A stretch of DNA of 64,000 nucleotides from the human T2T-CHM13v2.0 reference genome, Homo sapiens. The notes beneath the pieces were generated by a model. It searched no databases. It saw only the letters and a list, made by a program, of their open reading frames with translations, and was not told where the DNA came from. A program made the translations under genes and the position numbers. The DNA lies in assembly GCA_009914755.4 (NCBI GenBank), contig CP086569.2, forward strand, positions 21,088,001 through 21,152,000, in the 5' to 3' direction. Each line of letters opens with the position of its first letter. The first letter of the stretch is position 1. Below, one piece after another: positions 13,410 to 26,394 of this stretch.

Positions 13410-14403
13410 TTGTTCCTTCAGATAAGTCCAGAGTTTCTTCCTTCTGGCAGGTTCATGGTCTTGCTCACTTCAAGAATGAAGCTGCGGACCTTAGTGGTGA
13501 GCGTTACAGCACTTAAGTTTTTATGTCCAGAGTTTGTTCCTTCAGATAAGTCCAGACTTTCTTCCTTCTGGCAGGTTCATGGTCTTGCTCACTTCAAGAA
13601 TGAAGCTGCAGACCTTTACGGTGAGTGTTACAGCACTTAAAGGTGTTATGTCCAGAGTTTGTTCCTTCAGAAGTGTCCAGAGTTTCTTCCTTCTGACAAG
13701 TTCATGGTCTTGCTCACTTCAAGAATGAAGCTGCAGACCTTTACGGTGAGTGTTACAGCATTAATGGTGTTATGTACAGAGTTTGTTCCTTCAGATGTGT
13801 GCAGAGTTTCTTCCTTCTGGCAGGTTCATAGTATTGCTCACTTCAAGAATGAAGCTGCAGACCTTAGTGGTGAGCGTTACAGCAGTTAAGTTTTTATGTC
13901 CAGAGTTTGTTCCTTCAGATAAGTCCAGAGTTTCTTCCTTCTGGCAGGTTCATGGTCTTGCTCACTTCAAGAATGAAGCTGCGGACCTTAGTGGTGAGCG
14001 TTACAGCACTTAAGTTTTTATGTCCAGAGTTTGTTCCTTCAGATAAGTCCAGACTTTCTTCCTTCTGGCAGGTTCATGGTCTTGCTCACTTCAAGAATGA
14101 AGCTGCAGACCTTTACGGTGAGTGTTACAGCACTTAAAGGTGTTATGTCCAGAGTTTGTTCCTTCAGAAGTGTCCAGAGTTTCTTCCTTCTGACAAGTTC
14201 ATGGTCTTGCTCACTTCAAGAATGAAGCTGCAGACCTTTACGGTGAGTGTTACAGCATTAATGGTGTTATGTACAGTGTTTGTTCCTTCAGATGTGTGCA
14301 GAGTTTCTTCCTTCTGGCAGGTTCATGGTATTGCTCACTTCAAGAATGAAGCTGCAGACCTTAGTGGTGAGTGTTACAGCACTTAAAGTTGTTATGTCCA
14401 GGG
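13410..14403 (+). repeat. Local 4-monomer (497 bp) tandem duplication: 13410-13906 and 13907-14403.
   Basis: Translated monomers 13410 and 13907 are identical, as are 13534 and 14031. 13659 and 14156 differ by 1-2 aa. Confidence 0.8.
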
Positions 14404-14541
14404 TTTGTTCCTTCAGATGTGTACAGACTTTCTTCCCTCTGGCTGGTTCTTGGTCTTGCTCACTTCAAGAATGAAGCTGCAGACCTTTACGGTGAGTGTT
14501 ACAGCATTTAATGGAGTTATGTCCAGAGTTTCTTACATCAG

Positions 14542-15300
14542 ATGTGTCTAGAGCTCCTTCCTTCTGGGAGGTTCATGGACTTGCTCATTTCAAGAATGAA
14601 GCTGAAGACCTTAGTGGTGAGTTTTACAGCACTTAAAGGTGTTAGGTCCAGAGTTTGTTCCTTCAGATGTGTCCAGAGTTTCTTCCTTCTGGCAGGTTCA
14701 TGGTCTTGCTCACTTCAAGAATGAAGCTGCAGAACTTAGTGGTGAGTTTTACAGCACATAAAGGTGTTATGTCCAGAGTTTGTTCCTTCAGATGTGTCCA
14801 GAGTTTCTTCCTTCTGGCAGGTTCATGGTATTGCTCACTTCAAGAATGAAGCTGCAGACCTTAGTGGTGAGTGTTACAGCACTTAAAGTTGTTATGTCCA
14901 GAGTTTGTTCCTTCAGATGTTTCCAGAGTTTCTTCCCTCTGGCAGGTTCTTGGTCTTGCTCACTTCAAGAATGAAGCTGCAGACCTTTACGGTGAGTGTT
15001 ACAGCATTTAATGGAGTTATGTCCAGAGTTTCTTACATCAGATGTGTCTAGAGTTCCTTCCTTCTGGGAGGTTCATGGACTTGCTCATTTCAAGAATGAA
15101 GCTGAAGACCTTAGTGGTGAGTTTTACAGCACTTAAAGGTGTTAGGTCCAGAGTTTGTTCCTTCAGATGTGTCCAGAGTTTCTTCCCTCTGGCAGGTTCT
15201 TGGTCTTGCTCACTTCAAGAATGAAGCTGCAGACCTTTACGGTGAGTGTTACAGCATTTAATGGAGTTATGTCCAGAGTTTCTTACATCAGATATGTCTA
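14542..15300 (+). repeat. End of domain I: short repeats punctuated by D-type monomers at 14542, 15042 and ~15292 (spacing 500 then 250 bp).
   Basis: MCLELLPSGRFMDLL / MCLEFLPSGRFMDLL monomers at 14542 and 15042. gggaggttcatggacttgctcatttcaag again at ~15311. Confidence 0.7.
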
Positions 15301-16153
15301 GAGTCCCTTCCTTCTGGGAGGTTCATGGACTTGCTCATTTCAAGAATGAAGCTGAAGACCTTAGTGGTGAGTTTTACAGCACTTAAAGGTGTTAGGTCCA
15401 GAGTTTGTTCCTTCAGATGTGTCCAGAGTTTCTTCCTTCTGGCAGGTCCATGGTCTTGCTCACTTCAAGAATGAAGCTGTAGACCTTAGTGGTGACCGTT
15501 ACAGCACTTAAGTTTTTATGTCCAGAGTTTTTTCCTTCAGATATGTTTAGAGTTTCTTCCTTCTGGCAGGTTCATGGTCCTGCTCACTTCAAAAATGAAG
15601 CTGCAGACCTTTACGGTGAGTGTTACAGCATTTAAATGTGTTATGTCCATAGTTTGTTCCTTCAGATGTGTGCAGAGTTTCTTCCTTCTGGCAGGACCAT
15701 GGTATTGCTCACCTCAACAATGAAGCTGCAGAACTTAGTGGTGAGTGTTACAGCACTTCAAGTTGTTATGTCCAGAGTTTGTTCCTTCAGATATGTCCAG
15801 AGTTTCTTCTTTCTGGCAGGTTCATGGTCTTGCTCACTTCAAAAATGAAGCTGCAGTCCTTTACGGTGAGTGTTACATCATTTAAAGGTGTTATGTCCAA
15901 AGTTTTTTTACCTCAGATGTGTCTAGAGTTCCTTCTTTCTGGGAGGTTCATGTAGTTGCTCATTTCAAGAATGAAGCTGCAGACATTAGTGGTGAGTTTT
16001 ACAGCACTTAAAGGTGTTATGTCCAGAGTTTGTTCCTTCAGATGTGTCCAGAGTTTCTTCCTTCTGGCAAGTTCATGGTCTTGCTCACTTCAAGAATGAA
16101 GCTGCAGATATTTACGGTGAGTGTTACAGCATTAATGGTGTTATGTACAGAGT

Positions 16154-19100
16154 TTGTTCCTTCAGATGTGTGCAGAGTTTCTTCCTTCTGGCAGGTTCAT
16201 GGTCTTGCTCACTTCAAGAATGAAGCTGCAGACCTTAGTGGTGAGCGTTACAGCACTTAAGTATTTATGTCCAGAGTTTGTTCCTTCACATAAGTCCAGA
16301 GTTTCTTCCTTCTGTCCGGTTCATGGTCTTGCTCACTTCAAGAATGAAGCTGCAGACCTTAGTGGTGAGTGTTACAACACTTAAAGATGTTATTTCCAGA
16401 GTTTGTTCCTTCAGATGTGTCCAGAGTTTCTTCCTTCTGGCAGGTTCATAGTCTTGCTCACTTCAAGAATGAAGCTGCAGACCTTTACGGTGAGTGTTCC
16501 AGCACATAAAGGTGTTATGTCCAGAGTTTGTTCCTTCAGATGTGTCCAGAGTTTCTTCCTTCTGGCAGGTTCATGGTCTTGCTCACTTCAAGAATGAGGC
16601 GGCAGACCTTTACGGTGAGTGTTATAGCATATAATGGTGTTATGTCCAGAGTTTGTTCCTTCAGATGTGTCCAGTTTCTTCCTTCTGCCAGGTTCATGGT
16701 CTTGCTCACTTCAAGAATGAAACTGTAGAACTTTACGGTGAGTGTTACAGCAATGAAAGATGCTATATCCAGAGTTTGTTCCTTCAGATGTGTCCAGAGT
16801 TTCTTCCTTCTGGCAGGTTCTTGGTCTTGCTCACTTCAAGAATGAAGCTGCAGACCATTACGGTGAGTGTTACAGCATTTAAATGTGTTATGTCCAGAGT
16901 TTGTTCCATCAGATGTGTCTAGAGTTCCTTACTTCTGGGAGGTTCATAGACTTGCTCATTTCAAGAATGAAGCTGCAGACCTTTACGGTGAGTGTTATAG
17001 CACTTAAAGGTGTTATGTCCAGAGTTTGTTCCTTCCGATGTGTCCAGAGTTTCTTCCTTCTGGCAGGTTCATTGTCTTGCTCACTTCAAGAATGAAGCTG
17101 CAGAACTTAGTGGTGAGTTTTACACACTTAAAGGTGTTATGTCCAGAGTTTTTTCCTTCAGATGTGTCCAGAGTTTCTTACTTCCGGCAGGTTCATGGTC
17201 TTGCTCACCTCAAGAATGAAGCTGCAGACCTTTACGGTGAGTGTTACAGCATTTAAAGGTGTTAGGTCCAGAGTTTGTTCCTTCAGATGTGTGCAGAGTT
17301 TCTTCCTTCTGGCAGGTTCATGGTATTGCTCACTTCAATAATAAAGCTGCAGACCTTAGTGGTGTGTTTTACAGCACTTAAATGTGTTATGTCCAGAGTT
17401 TCTTCCTTCAGATGTGTCCAGAGTTTCTTCCTTCTGGCTGGTTCATGGTCTTGCTCACCTCAAGAATGAAGCTGCAGACCTTTACGGTGAGTGTTACAGC
17501 ACTTAAAGGTGTTATGTCCCGAGTTTGTTCCTTTAGATGTGTCCAGAGTTTCTTCCTTCTGGCAAGATCATGGTCTTGCTCACTTCAAGAATGAAGCTGC
17601 AGACATTTACGGTGAGTGTTACAGCATTAATGGTGTTATGTACAGAGTTTGTTCCTTCAGATGTGTGCAGAGTTTCTTCCTTCTGGCAGGTTCATGGTAT
17701 TGCTCACTTCAAGAATGAAGCTGCAGACCTTAGTGGTGAGTGTTACAGCACTTAAAGTTGTTATGTCCAGAGTTTGTTCCTTCAGATGTTTCCAGAGTTT
17801 CTTCCCTCTGGCAGGTTCTTGGTCTTGCTCACTTCAAGAATGAAGCTGCAGACCTTTACGGTGAGTGTTACAGCATTTAATGGAGTTATGTCCAGAGTTT
17901 CTTACATCAGATGTGTCTAGAGTTCCTTCCTTCTGGGAGGTTCATGGACTTGCTCATTTCAAGAATGAAGCTGAAGACCTTAGTGGTGAGTTTTACAGCA
18001 CTTAAAGGTGTTAGGTCCAGAGTTTGTTCCTTCAGATGTGTCCAGAGTTTCTTCCCTCTGGCAGGTTCTTGGTCTTGCTCACTTCAAGAATGAAGCTGCA
18101 GACCTTTACGGTGAGTGTTACAGCATTTAATGGAGTTATGTCCAGAGTTTCTTACATCAGATGTGTCTAGAGTCCCTTCCTTCTGGGAGGTTCATGGACT
18201 TGCTCATTTCAAGAATGAAGCTGAAGACCTTGGTGGTGAGTTTTACAGCACTTAAAGGTGTTAGGTCCAGAGTTTGTTCCTTCAGATGTGTCCAGAGTTT
18301 CTTCCTTCTGGCAGGTCCATGGTCTTGCTCACTTCAAGAATGAAGCTGTAGACCTTAGTGGTGATCGTTACAGCACTTAAGTTTTTATGTCCAGAGTTTT
18401 TTCCTTCAGATATGTTTAGAGTTTCTTCCTTCTGGCAGGTTCATGGTCCTGCTCACTTCAAAAATGAAGCTGCAGACCTTTACGGTGAGTGTTACAGCAT
18501 TTAAATGTGTTATGTCCATAGTTTGTTCCTTCAGATGTGTGCAGAGTTTCTTCCTTCTGGCAGGACCATGGTATTGCTCACCTCAAGAATGAAGCTGCAG
18601 AACTTAGTGGTGAGTGTTACAGCACTTCAAGTTGTTATGTCCAGAGTTTGTTCCTTCAGATATGTCCAGAGTTTCTTCTTTCTGGCAGGTTCATGGTCTT
18701 GCTCACTTCAAAAATGAAGCTGCAGTCCTTTACGGTGAGTGTTACATCATTTAAAGGTGTTATGTCCAAAGTTTTTTTACCTCAGATGTGTCTAGAGTTC
18801 CTTCTTTCTGGGAGGTTCATGTAGTTGCTCATTTCAAGAATGAAGCTGCAGACATTAGTGGTGAGTTTTACAGCACTTAAAGGTGTTATGTCCAGAGTTT
18901 GTTCCTTCAGATGTGTCCAGAGTTTCTTCCTTCTGGCAGGTTCATGGGCTTGCTCACTTCAAGAATGAAGCTGCAGACCTTTACGGTGAGTGTTACAGCA
19001 CTTAAAGGTGTTATGTCCAGAGTTTGTTCCTTCAGATGTGTCCAGAGTTTCTTCCTTCTGGCAGTTTCATGGTCTTGCTCACTTCAAGAATGACGCAGCA

Positions 19101-22100
19101 GACCTTTACGGTGAGTGTTACAGCATTTAAAGGTGATATGTCCATAGTTTGTTCCTTCAGATGTGTGCAGAGTTTCTTCCTTCCGGCAGGTTCATGGTAT
19201 TGCTCACTTCAAGAATGAAGCTGCAGACCTTAGTGGTGAGTGTTACACCACTTAAAGTTGTTATGTCCAGAGTTTGTTCCTTCAGATGTGTCCAGAGTTT
19301 CTTCCTTCTGGCAGGTTCATGGTCTTGCTCACTTCAAGAATGAAGCTGCAGACCTTTACGGTGAGTGTTACAGCATTTAAAGGTGTTATGTCCAGAGTTT
19401 GTTCCTTCAGATGTGTGCAGAGTTTCTTCCTTCCGGCAGGTTCATGGTATTGCTCACTTCAAGAATGAAGCTGCAGACCTTAGTGGTGAGTGTTACACCA
19501 CTTAAAGTTGTTATGTCCAGAGTTTGTTCCTTCAGATGTGTCCAGAGTTTCTTCCTTCTGGCAGGTTCATGGTCTTGCTCACTTCAAGAATGAAGCTGCA
19601 GACCTTTACGGTGAGTGTTACAGCATTTAAAGGTGTTATGTCCAGAGTTTGTTCCTTCAGATGTGTGCAGAGTTTCTTCCTTCCGGCAGGCTCATGGTAT
19701 TGCTCACTTCAAGAATGAAGCTGCAGACCTTAGTGGTGAGTGTTACAGCATTTAAAGGTGTTATGTCCACAGTTTTTTCCAACAGATGTGTCTAGAATTC
19801 CTTACTTCTGGGAGTTTCATGGACTTCCTCATTTCAAGAATGAAGCTGCAAACCTTAGTGGTGAGTTTTACAGCATTTAAAGGTGTTATGTCCAGAGTTT
19901 GTTCCTTCAGATGTGTGCAGAGTTTTTTCCTTCCGGCAGGTTCATGGTATTTCTCACTTCAAGAATGAAGCTGCGGACCTTAGTGGTGAGCGTTACAGCA
20001 CTTAAGTTTTTACGTCCAGAGTTTGTTCCTTCAGATTAGTCCAGAGTTTCTTCCTTCTGGCAGGTTCATGGTCTTGCTCACTTCAAGAATGAAGCTGCAG
20101 ACCCTTACGGTGAGTGTTACAGCACTTAAAGGTGTTATGTCCAGAGTTTGTTCCTTCAGATGTGTCCAGAGTTTCTTCCTTCTGGCAGGTTCATGGTCTT
20201 GCTCATTTCAACAATGAAGCTGCAGACCTTTACTGTCAGTGTTACAGCATTTAAAGGTGTTATGTCCAGAGTTTGTTCCTTCAGATGTGTCAAGAGTTTC
20301 TTCTTTCTGGCAGGATCATGGTCTTGCTCACTTCAAGAATGAAGCTGCAGACCTTAGTGGTGAGCGTTACAGCACTTAAGTTTTTATGTCCAGAGTTTGT
20401 TCCTTCACATAAGTCCAGAGTTTCTTCCTTCTGTCCGGTTTATGGTCTTGCTCACTTCAAGAATGAAGCTGCAGACCTTAGTGGTGAGTGTTACAACACT
20501 TAAAGATGTTATTTCCAGAGTTTGTTCCTTCAGATGTGTCCAGAGTTTCTTCCTTCTGGCAGGTTCATAGCCTTGCTCACTTCAAGAATGAAGCTGCAGA
20601 CCTTTACGGTGAGTGTTACAGCACATAAAGGTGTTATGTCCAGAGTTTGTTCCTTCAGATGTGTCCAGAGTTTCTTCCTTCTGGCAGGTTCATGGTCTGG
20701 CTCACTTCAAGAATGAGGCGGTAGACCTTTACGGTGAGTGTTATAGCATATAAAGGTGTTATGTCCAGAGTTTGTTCCTTCAGATGTGTCCAGTTTCTTC
20801 CTTCTGGCAGGTTCATGGTCTTGCTCACTTCAAGAATGAAACTGTAGAACATTACGGTGAGTGTTACAGCAATGAAAGATGGTATATCCAGAGTTTGTTC
20901 CTTCAGATGTGTCCAGAGTTTCTTTCTTCTGGCAGGTTCATGGTCTTGCTCACTTCAAGAATGAAGCTGCAGACCATTACGGTGAGTGTTACAGCATTTA
21001 AATGTGTTATGTCCAGAGTTTGTTCCATCAGATGTGTCTAGAGTTCCTTACTTCTGGGAGGTTCATAGACTTGCTCATTTCAAGAATGAAGCTGCAGACC
21101 TTTACGGTGAGTGTTATAGCACTTAAAGGTGTTATGTCCAGAGTTTGTTCCTTCCGATGTGTCCAGAGTTTCTTCCTTCTGGCAGGTTCATGGTCTTGCT
21201 CACTTCAAGAATGAAGCTGCAGAACTTAGTGGTGAGTTTTACACACTTAAAGGTGTTATGTCCAGAGTTTTTTCCTTCAGATGTGTCCAGAGTTTCTTCC
21301 TTCTGGCAGGTTCATGGTCTTGCTCACCTCAAGAATGAAGCTGCAGACCTTTACGGTGAGTGTTACAGCATTTAAAGGTGTTAGGTCCAGAGTTTGTTCC
21401 TCCAGATGTGTGCAGAGTTTCTTCCTTCTGGCAGGTTCATGGTATTGCTCACTTCAACAATAAAGCTGCAGACCTTAGTGGTGTGTTTTACAGCACTTAA
21501 GTGTGTTATTTCCAGAGTTTCTTCCTTCAGATGTGTCCAGAGTTTCTTCCTTCTGGCTGGTTCATGGTCTTGCTCACCTCAAGAATGAAGCTGCAGACAT
21601 TTACGGTGAGTGTTACAGCACTTAAAGGTGTTATGTCCAGAGTTTGTTCCTTTAGATGTGTCCAGAGTTTCTCCGTTCTGGCAAGTTCATGGTCTTGCTC
21701 ACTTCAAGAGTGAAGCTGCAGACATTTACGGTGAGTGTTACAGCATTAATGGTGTTATGTACAGAGTTTGTTCCTTCAGATGTGTGCAGAGTTTCTTCCT
21801 TCTGGCAGGTTCATGGTATTGCTCACTTCAAGAATGAAGCTGCAGACCTTAGTGGTGAGTGTTACAGCACTTAAAGTTGTTAAGTCCAGAGTTTGTTCCT
21901 TCAGATGTGTCCAGAGCTTCTTCCCTCTGGCAGGTTCTTGGTCTTGCTCACTTCAAGAGTGAAGCTGCAGACCTTTACGGTGAGTGTTACAGCATTTAAT
22001 GGAGTTATGTCCAGAGTTTCTTACATAAGATGTGTCTAGAGTTCCTTCCTTCTGGGAGGTTCATGGACTTGCTCATTTCAAGAATGAAGCTGAAGACCTT

Positions 22101-22650
22101 AGTGGTGAGTTTTACAGCACTTAAAGGTGTTAGGTCCAGAGTTTGTTCCTTCAGATGTGTCCAGAGTTTCTTCCTTCTGGCAGGTTCATGGTCTTGCTCA
22201 CTTCAAGAATGAAGCTGCAGACCTTAGTGATGATCGTTACAGCACTTAAGTTTTTATGTCCAGAGTTTTTTCCTTCAGATATGTTTAGAGTTTCTTCCTT
22301 CTGGCAGGTTCATGGTCGTGCTCACTTCAAAAATGAAGCTGCAGACCTTTACGGTGAGTGTTACAGCATTTAAATGTGTTATGTCCATAGTTTGTTCCTT
22401 CAGATGTGTGCAGAGTTTCTTCCTTCTGGCAGTACCATGGTATTGCTCACCTCAAGAATGAAGCTGCAGAACTTAGTGGTGAGTGTTACAGCACTTCAAG
22501 TTGTTATGTCCAGAGTTTGTTCCTTCAGATATGTCCAGAGTTTCTTCTTTCTGGCAGGTTCATGTTCTTGCTCACTTTAAGAATGAAGCTGCAGTCCTTT
22601 ACGGTGAGTGTTACATCATTTAAAGGTGTTATGTCCAAATTTTTTTAACT
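16154..22650 (+). repeat. Two copies of a 4119-bp (33-monomer) HOR. Copy a spans 16154-20272. Copy b begins at 20273 and stays collinear to ~22650, apart from a 2-monomer (250 bp) indel at 18161-18410.
   Basis: Constant 4119-bp offset for ORF pairs 16154/20273, 16403/20522, 16653/20772, 16883/21002, 17275/21394, 17382/21501, 17649/21768, 17911/22030. The offset then becomes 3869 (18505/22374, 18537/22406). Confidence 0.8.
19024..19718 (+). repeat. Local dimeric (250 bp) repeat amplified about 3 times.
   Basis: Monomers 19149 and 19399 are identical, 19274 and 19524 are identical, and 19024 is close to 19274. Confidence 0.8.
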
Positions 22651-25600
22651 CAGATGTGTCTAGAGTTCCTTCCTTCTGGGAGGTTCATGTACTTGCTCAT
22701 TTCAAGAATGAAGCTGCAGACATTAGTGGTGAGTTTTACAGCACTTAAAGGTGTTATGTCCAGAGTTTGTTCCTTCAGATGTGTCCAGAGTTTCTTCCTT
22801 CTGGCAGGTTCATGGTCTTGCTCACTTCAAGAATGAAACTGCAGACCCTTACGGTGAGTGATACAGACCTTAAAGGTGTTATGTCCAGAGTTTGTTCCTT
22901 CTGATGTGTGCAGAGTTTCTTCCTTCTGGCAGGTTCATGGTATTGCTCACTTCAAGAATGAAGCTGCAGACCTTAGTGGTGAGTGTTGCAGCACTTAAAG
23001 TTGTTATGTCCAGAGTTTGTTCCTTCAGATGTGTCCATTTTCTTCCTTCTGGCTGGTTAATGGTCCTGCTCACTTCATGAATGAAACTGTAGACCTTTAC
23101 GGTGAGTGTTACAGCACTGAAACATGTCATGCCCAGAGTTTGTTCCTTCAGATAGGTCCAGAGTTTATTCTTTCTGGCAGGTTCATAGTCTTGCTCACTT
23201 CAAGGAAGAAGCTGCAGACCTTTACGTTGAGTGTTACAGCACTTAAAGGTGTTATGTCCAGAGTTTGTTCCTTCAGATGTTTCCAGAGTTTCTTTCTTCT
23301 GGCAGGTTCATGGTCTTGCTCACTTCAAGAATGAAGCTCCAGTCATTTACGGTGAGTGTTACAGCACTTAAAGGTGTTATATCCAGAGTTTGTTCCTTCA
23401 GATGTGTCCAGCATTTCTTCCTTCTGGCAGGTTCATGGTCTTGCTCCCCTCAAGAATGAAAATGCAGACCTTTACGGTGAGGGTTACAGCATTTAAAAGT
23501 GTTATGTCCAGAGTTTTTTCCTTCAGATGTGTCCAGAGTTTCTTCCTTCTGACAGGTTCGTCGTCTTGCTCACTTCAAAAATGAAGCTGCACACCTTAGT
23601 GGTGAGTGTTACAGCATTTAAAGGTGTTATGTCCAGAGTTTGTTCCTTCAGATGTGTGCAGAGTTTCTTCCTTCTGGCAGGTTCATGGTCTTGCTCACTT
23701 CAAGAATGAAGCTGCAGAACTTAGTGGTGAGTTTTACACACTTAAAGTTGTTATGTCCAGAGTTTTTTCCTTCAGATGTGTCCAGAGTTTCTTCCTTCTG
23801 GCAGGTTCATGGTCTTGCTCACCTCAAGAATGAAGCTGCAGACCTTTACGGTGAGTGTTACAGCATTTAAAGGTGTTAGGTCCAGAGTTTGTTCCTTCAG
23901 ATGTGAGCAGAGTTTCTTCCTTCTGGCAGGTTCATGGTATTGCTCACTTCAATAATAAAGCTGCAGACGTTAGTGGTGTGTTTTACAGCACTTAAATGTG
24001 TTATGTCCAGAGTTTCTTCCTTCAGATGTGTCCAGAGTTTCTTCCTTCTGGCTGGTTCATGGTCTTGCTCACCTCAAGAATGAAGCTGCAGACCTTTACG
24101 GTGAGTGTTACAGCACTTAAAGGTGTTATGTCCAGAGTTTGTTCCTTTAGATGTGTCCAGAGTTTCTTCCTTCTGGCAAGTTCATGGTCTTGCTCACTTC
24201 AAGAATGAAGCTGCAGACATTTACGGTGAGTGTTACAGCATTAATGGTGTTATGTACAGAGTTTGTTCCTTCAGATGTGTGCAGAGTTTCTTCCTTCTGG
24301 CAGGTTCATGGTATTGCTCACTTCAAGAATGAAGCTGCAGACCTTAGTGGTGAGTGTTACAGCACTTAAAGTTGTTATGTCCAGAGTTTGTTCCTTCAGA
24401 TGTGTCCAGAGTTTCTTCCCTCTGGCAGGTTCTTGGTCTTGCTCACTTCAAGAATGAAGCTGCAGACATTTACGGTGAGTGTTACAGCATTTAATGGAGT
24501 TATGTCCAGAGTTTCTTACATCAGATATGTCTAGAGTTCCTTCCTTCTGGGAGGTTCATGGACTTGCTCATTTCAAGAATGAAGCTGAATACCTTAGTGG
24601 TGAGTTTTACAGCACTTAAAGGTGTTAGGTCCAGAGTTTGTTCCTTCAGATGTGTCCAGAGTTTCTTCCTTCTGGCAGGTTAATGGTCTTGCTCACTTCA
24701 AGAATGAAGCTGCAGACCATAGTGGTGATCGTTACAGCACTTAAGTTTTTATGTCCAGAGTTTTTTCCTTCAGATATGTTTAGAGTTTCTTCCTTCTGGC
24801 AGGTTCATGGTCCTGCTCACTTCAAAAATGAAGCTGCAGACCTTTACGGTGAGTGTTACAGCATTTAAATGTGTTATGTCCATAGTTTGTTCCTTCAGAT
24901 GTGTGCAGAGTTTCTTCCTCCTGGCAGGACCATGGTATTGCTCATCTCAAGAATGAAGCTGCAGAACTTAGTGGTGAGTGTTACAGCACTTCAAGTTGTT
25001 ATGTCCAGACTTTGTTCCTTCAGATATGTCCAGAGTTTCTTCTTTCTTGCTGGTTCATGGTCTTGCTCACTTCAAGAATGAAGCTGCAGTCCTTTACGGT
25101 GAGTGTTACATCATTTAAAGGTGTTATGTCCAAAGTTTTTTTACCTCAGATGTGTCCAGAGTTTCTTCCTTCTGGCAGGTTCATGGTCTTGCTCACTTCA
25201 AGAATGAGGCGGCAGACCTTTACGGTGAGTGTTACAGCATATAAAGGTGTTATGTCCAGAGTTTGTTCCTTCAGATGTGTCCAGTTTCTTCCTTCTGGCA
25301 GTTTCATGGTCTTGCTCAGTTCAAGAATGAAACTGTAGAACTTTACGGTGAGTGTTACAGCAATGAAAGATGCTATATCCAGAGTTTGTTCCTTCAGATG
25401 TGTCCAGAGTTTCTTCCTTCTGGCAGGTTCATGGTCTTGCTCACTTCAAGAATGAAGCTGCAAACCATTACGGTGAGTGTTACAGCATTTAAATGTGTTG
25501 TGTCCAGAGTTTGTTCCATCAGATGTGTCTAGAGTTCCTTACTTCTGGGAGGTTCATAGACTTGCTCATTTCAAGAATGAAGCTGCAGACCTTTACGGTG

Positions 25601-26394
25601 AGTGTTATAGCACTTAAAGGTGTTATGTCCAGAGTTTGTTCCTTCCGATGTGTCCAGAGTTTCTTCCTTCTGGCAGGTTCATGGTCTTGCTCACTTCAAG
25701 AATGAAGCTGCAGAACTTAGTGGTGAGTTTTACACTCTTAAAGGTGTTATGTCCAGAGTTTTTCCTTCAGATGTGTCCAGAGTTTCTTCCTTCTGGCAGG
25801 TTCATGGTCTTGCTCACCTCAAGAATGAAGCTGCAGACATTTACGGTGTGTGTTACAGCATTTAAAGGTGTTAGGTCCAGAGTTTGTTCCTTCAGATGTG
25901 TGCAGAGTTTCTTCCTTCTGGCAGGTTCATGGTATTGCTCACTTCAATAATAAAGCTGCAGACCTTAGTGGTGTGTTTTACAGCACTTAAATGTGTTATG
26001 TCCAGAGTTTCTTCCTTCAGATGTGTCCAGAGTTTCTTCCTTCTGGCTGGTTCATGGTCTTGCTCACCTCAAGAATGAAGCTGCAGACATTTACGGTGAG
26101 TGTTACAGCATTAGTGGTGTTATGTACAGAGTTTGTTCCTTCAGATGTGTGCAGAGTTTCTTCCTTCTGGCAGGTTCATGGTATTGCTCACTTCAAGAAT
26201 GAAGCTGCAGACCTTAGTCGTGAGTGTTACAGCACTTAAAGTTGTTATGTCCAGAGTTTGTTCCTTCAGATGTTTCCAGAGTTTCTTCCCTCTGGCAGGT
26301 TCTTGGTCTTGCTCACTTCAAGAATGAAGCTGCAGACCTTTACGGTGAGTGTTACAGCATTTAATGGAGTTATGTCCAGAGTTTCTTACATCAG

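Larger units (their letters stand above)
1..15300 (+). repeat. Domain I: highly homogenised higher-order-repeat (HOR) region. HOR copies are ~99-100% identical, adjacent monomers within a copy ~80-90%.
   Basis: Identical translated monomers at fixed offsets: 107/3218/7326/10934/12054/13174, 1354/4465, 1587/4698, 1802/4913, 2458/6566/10424. Direct comparison of 1-360 with 3112-3471 shows 1 mismatch. Confidence 0.85.
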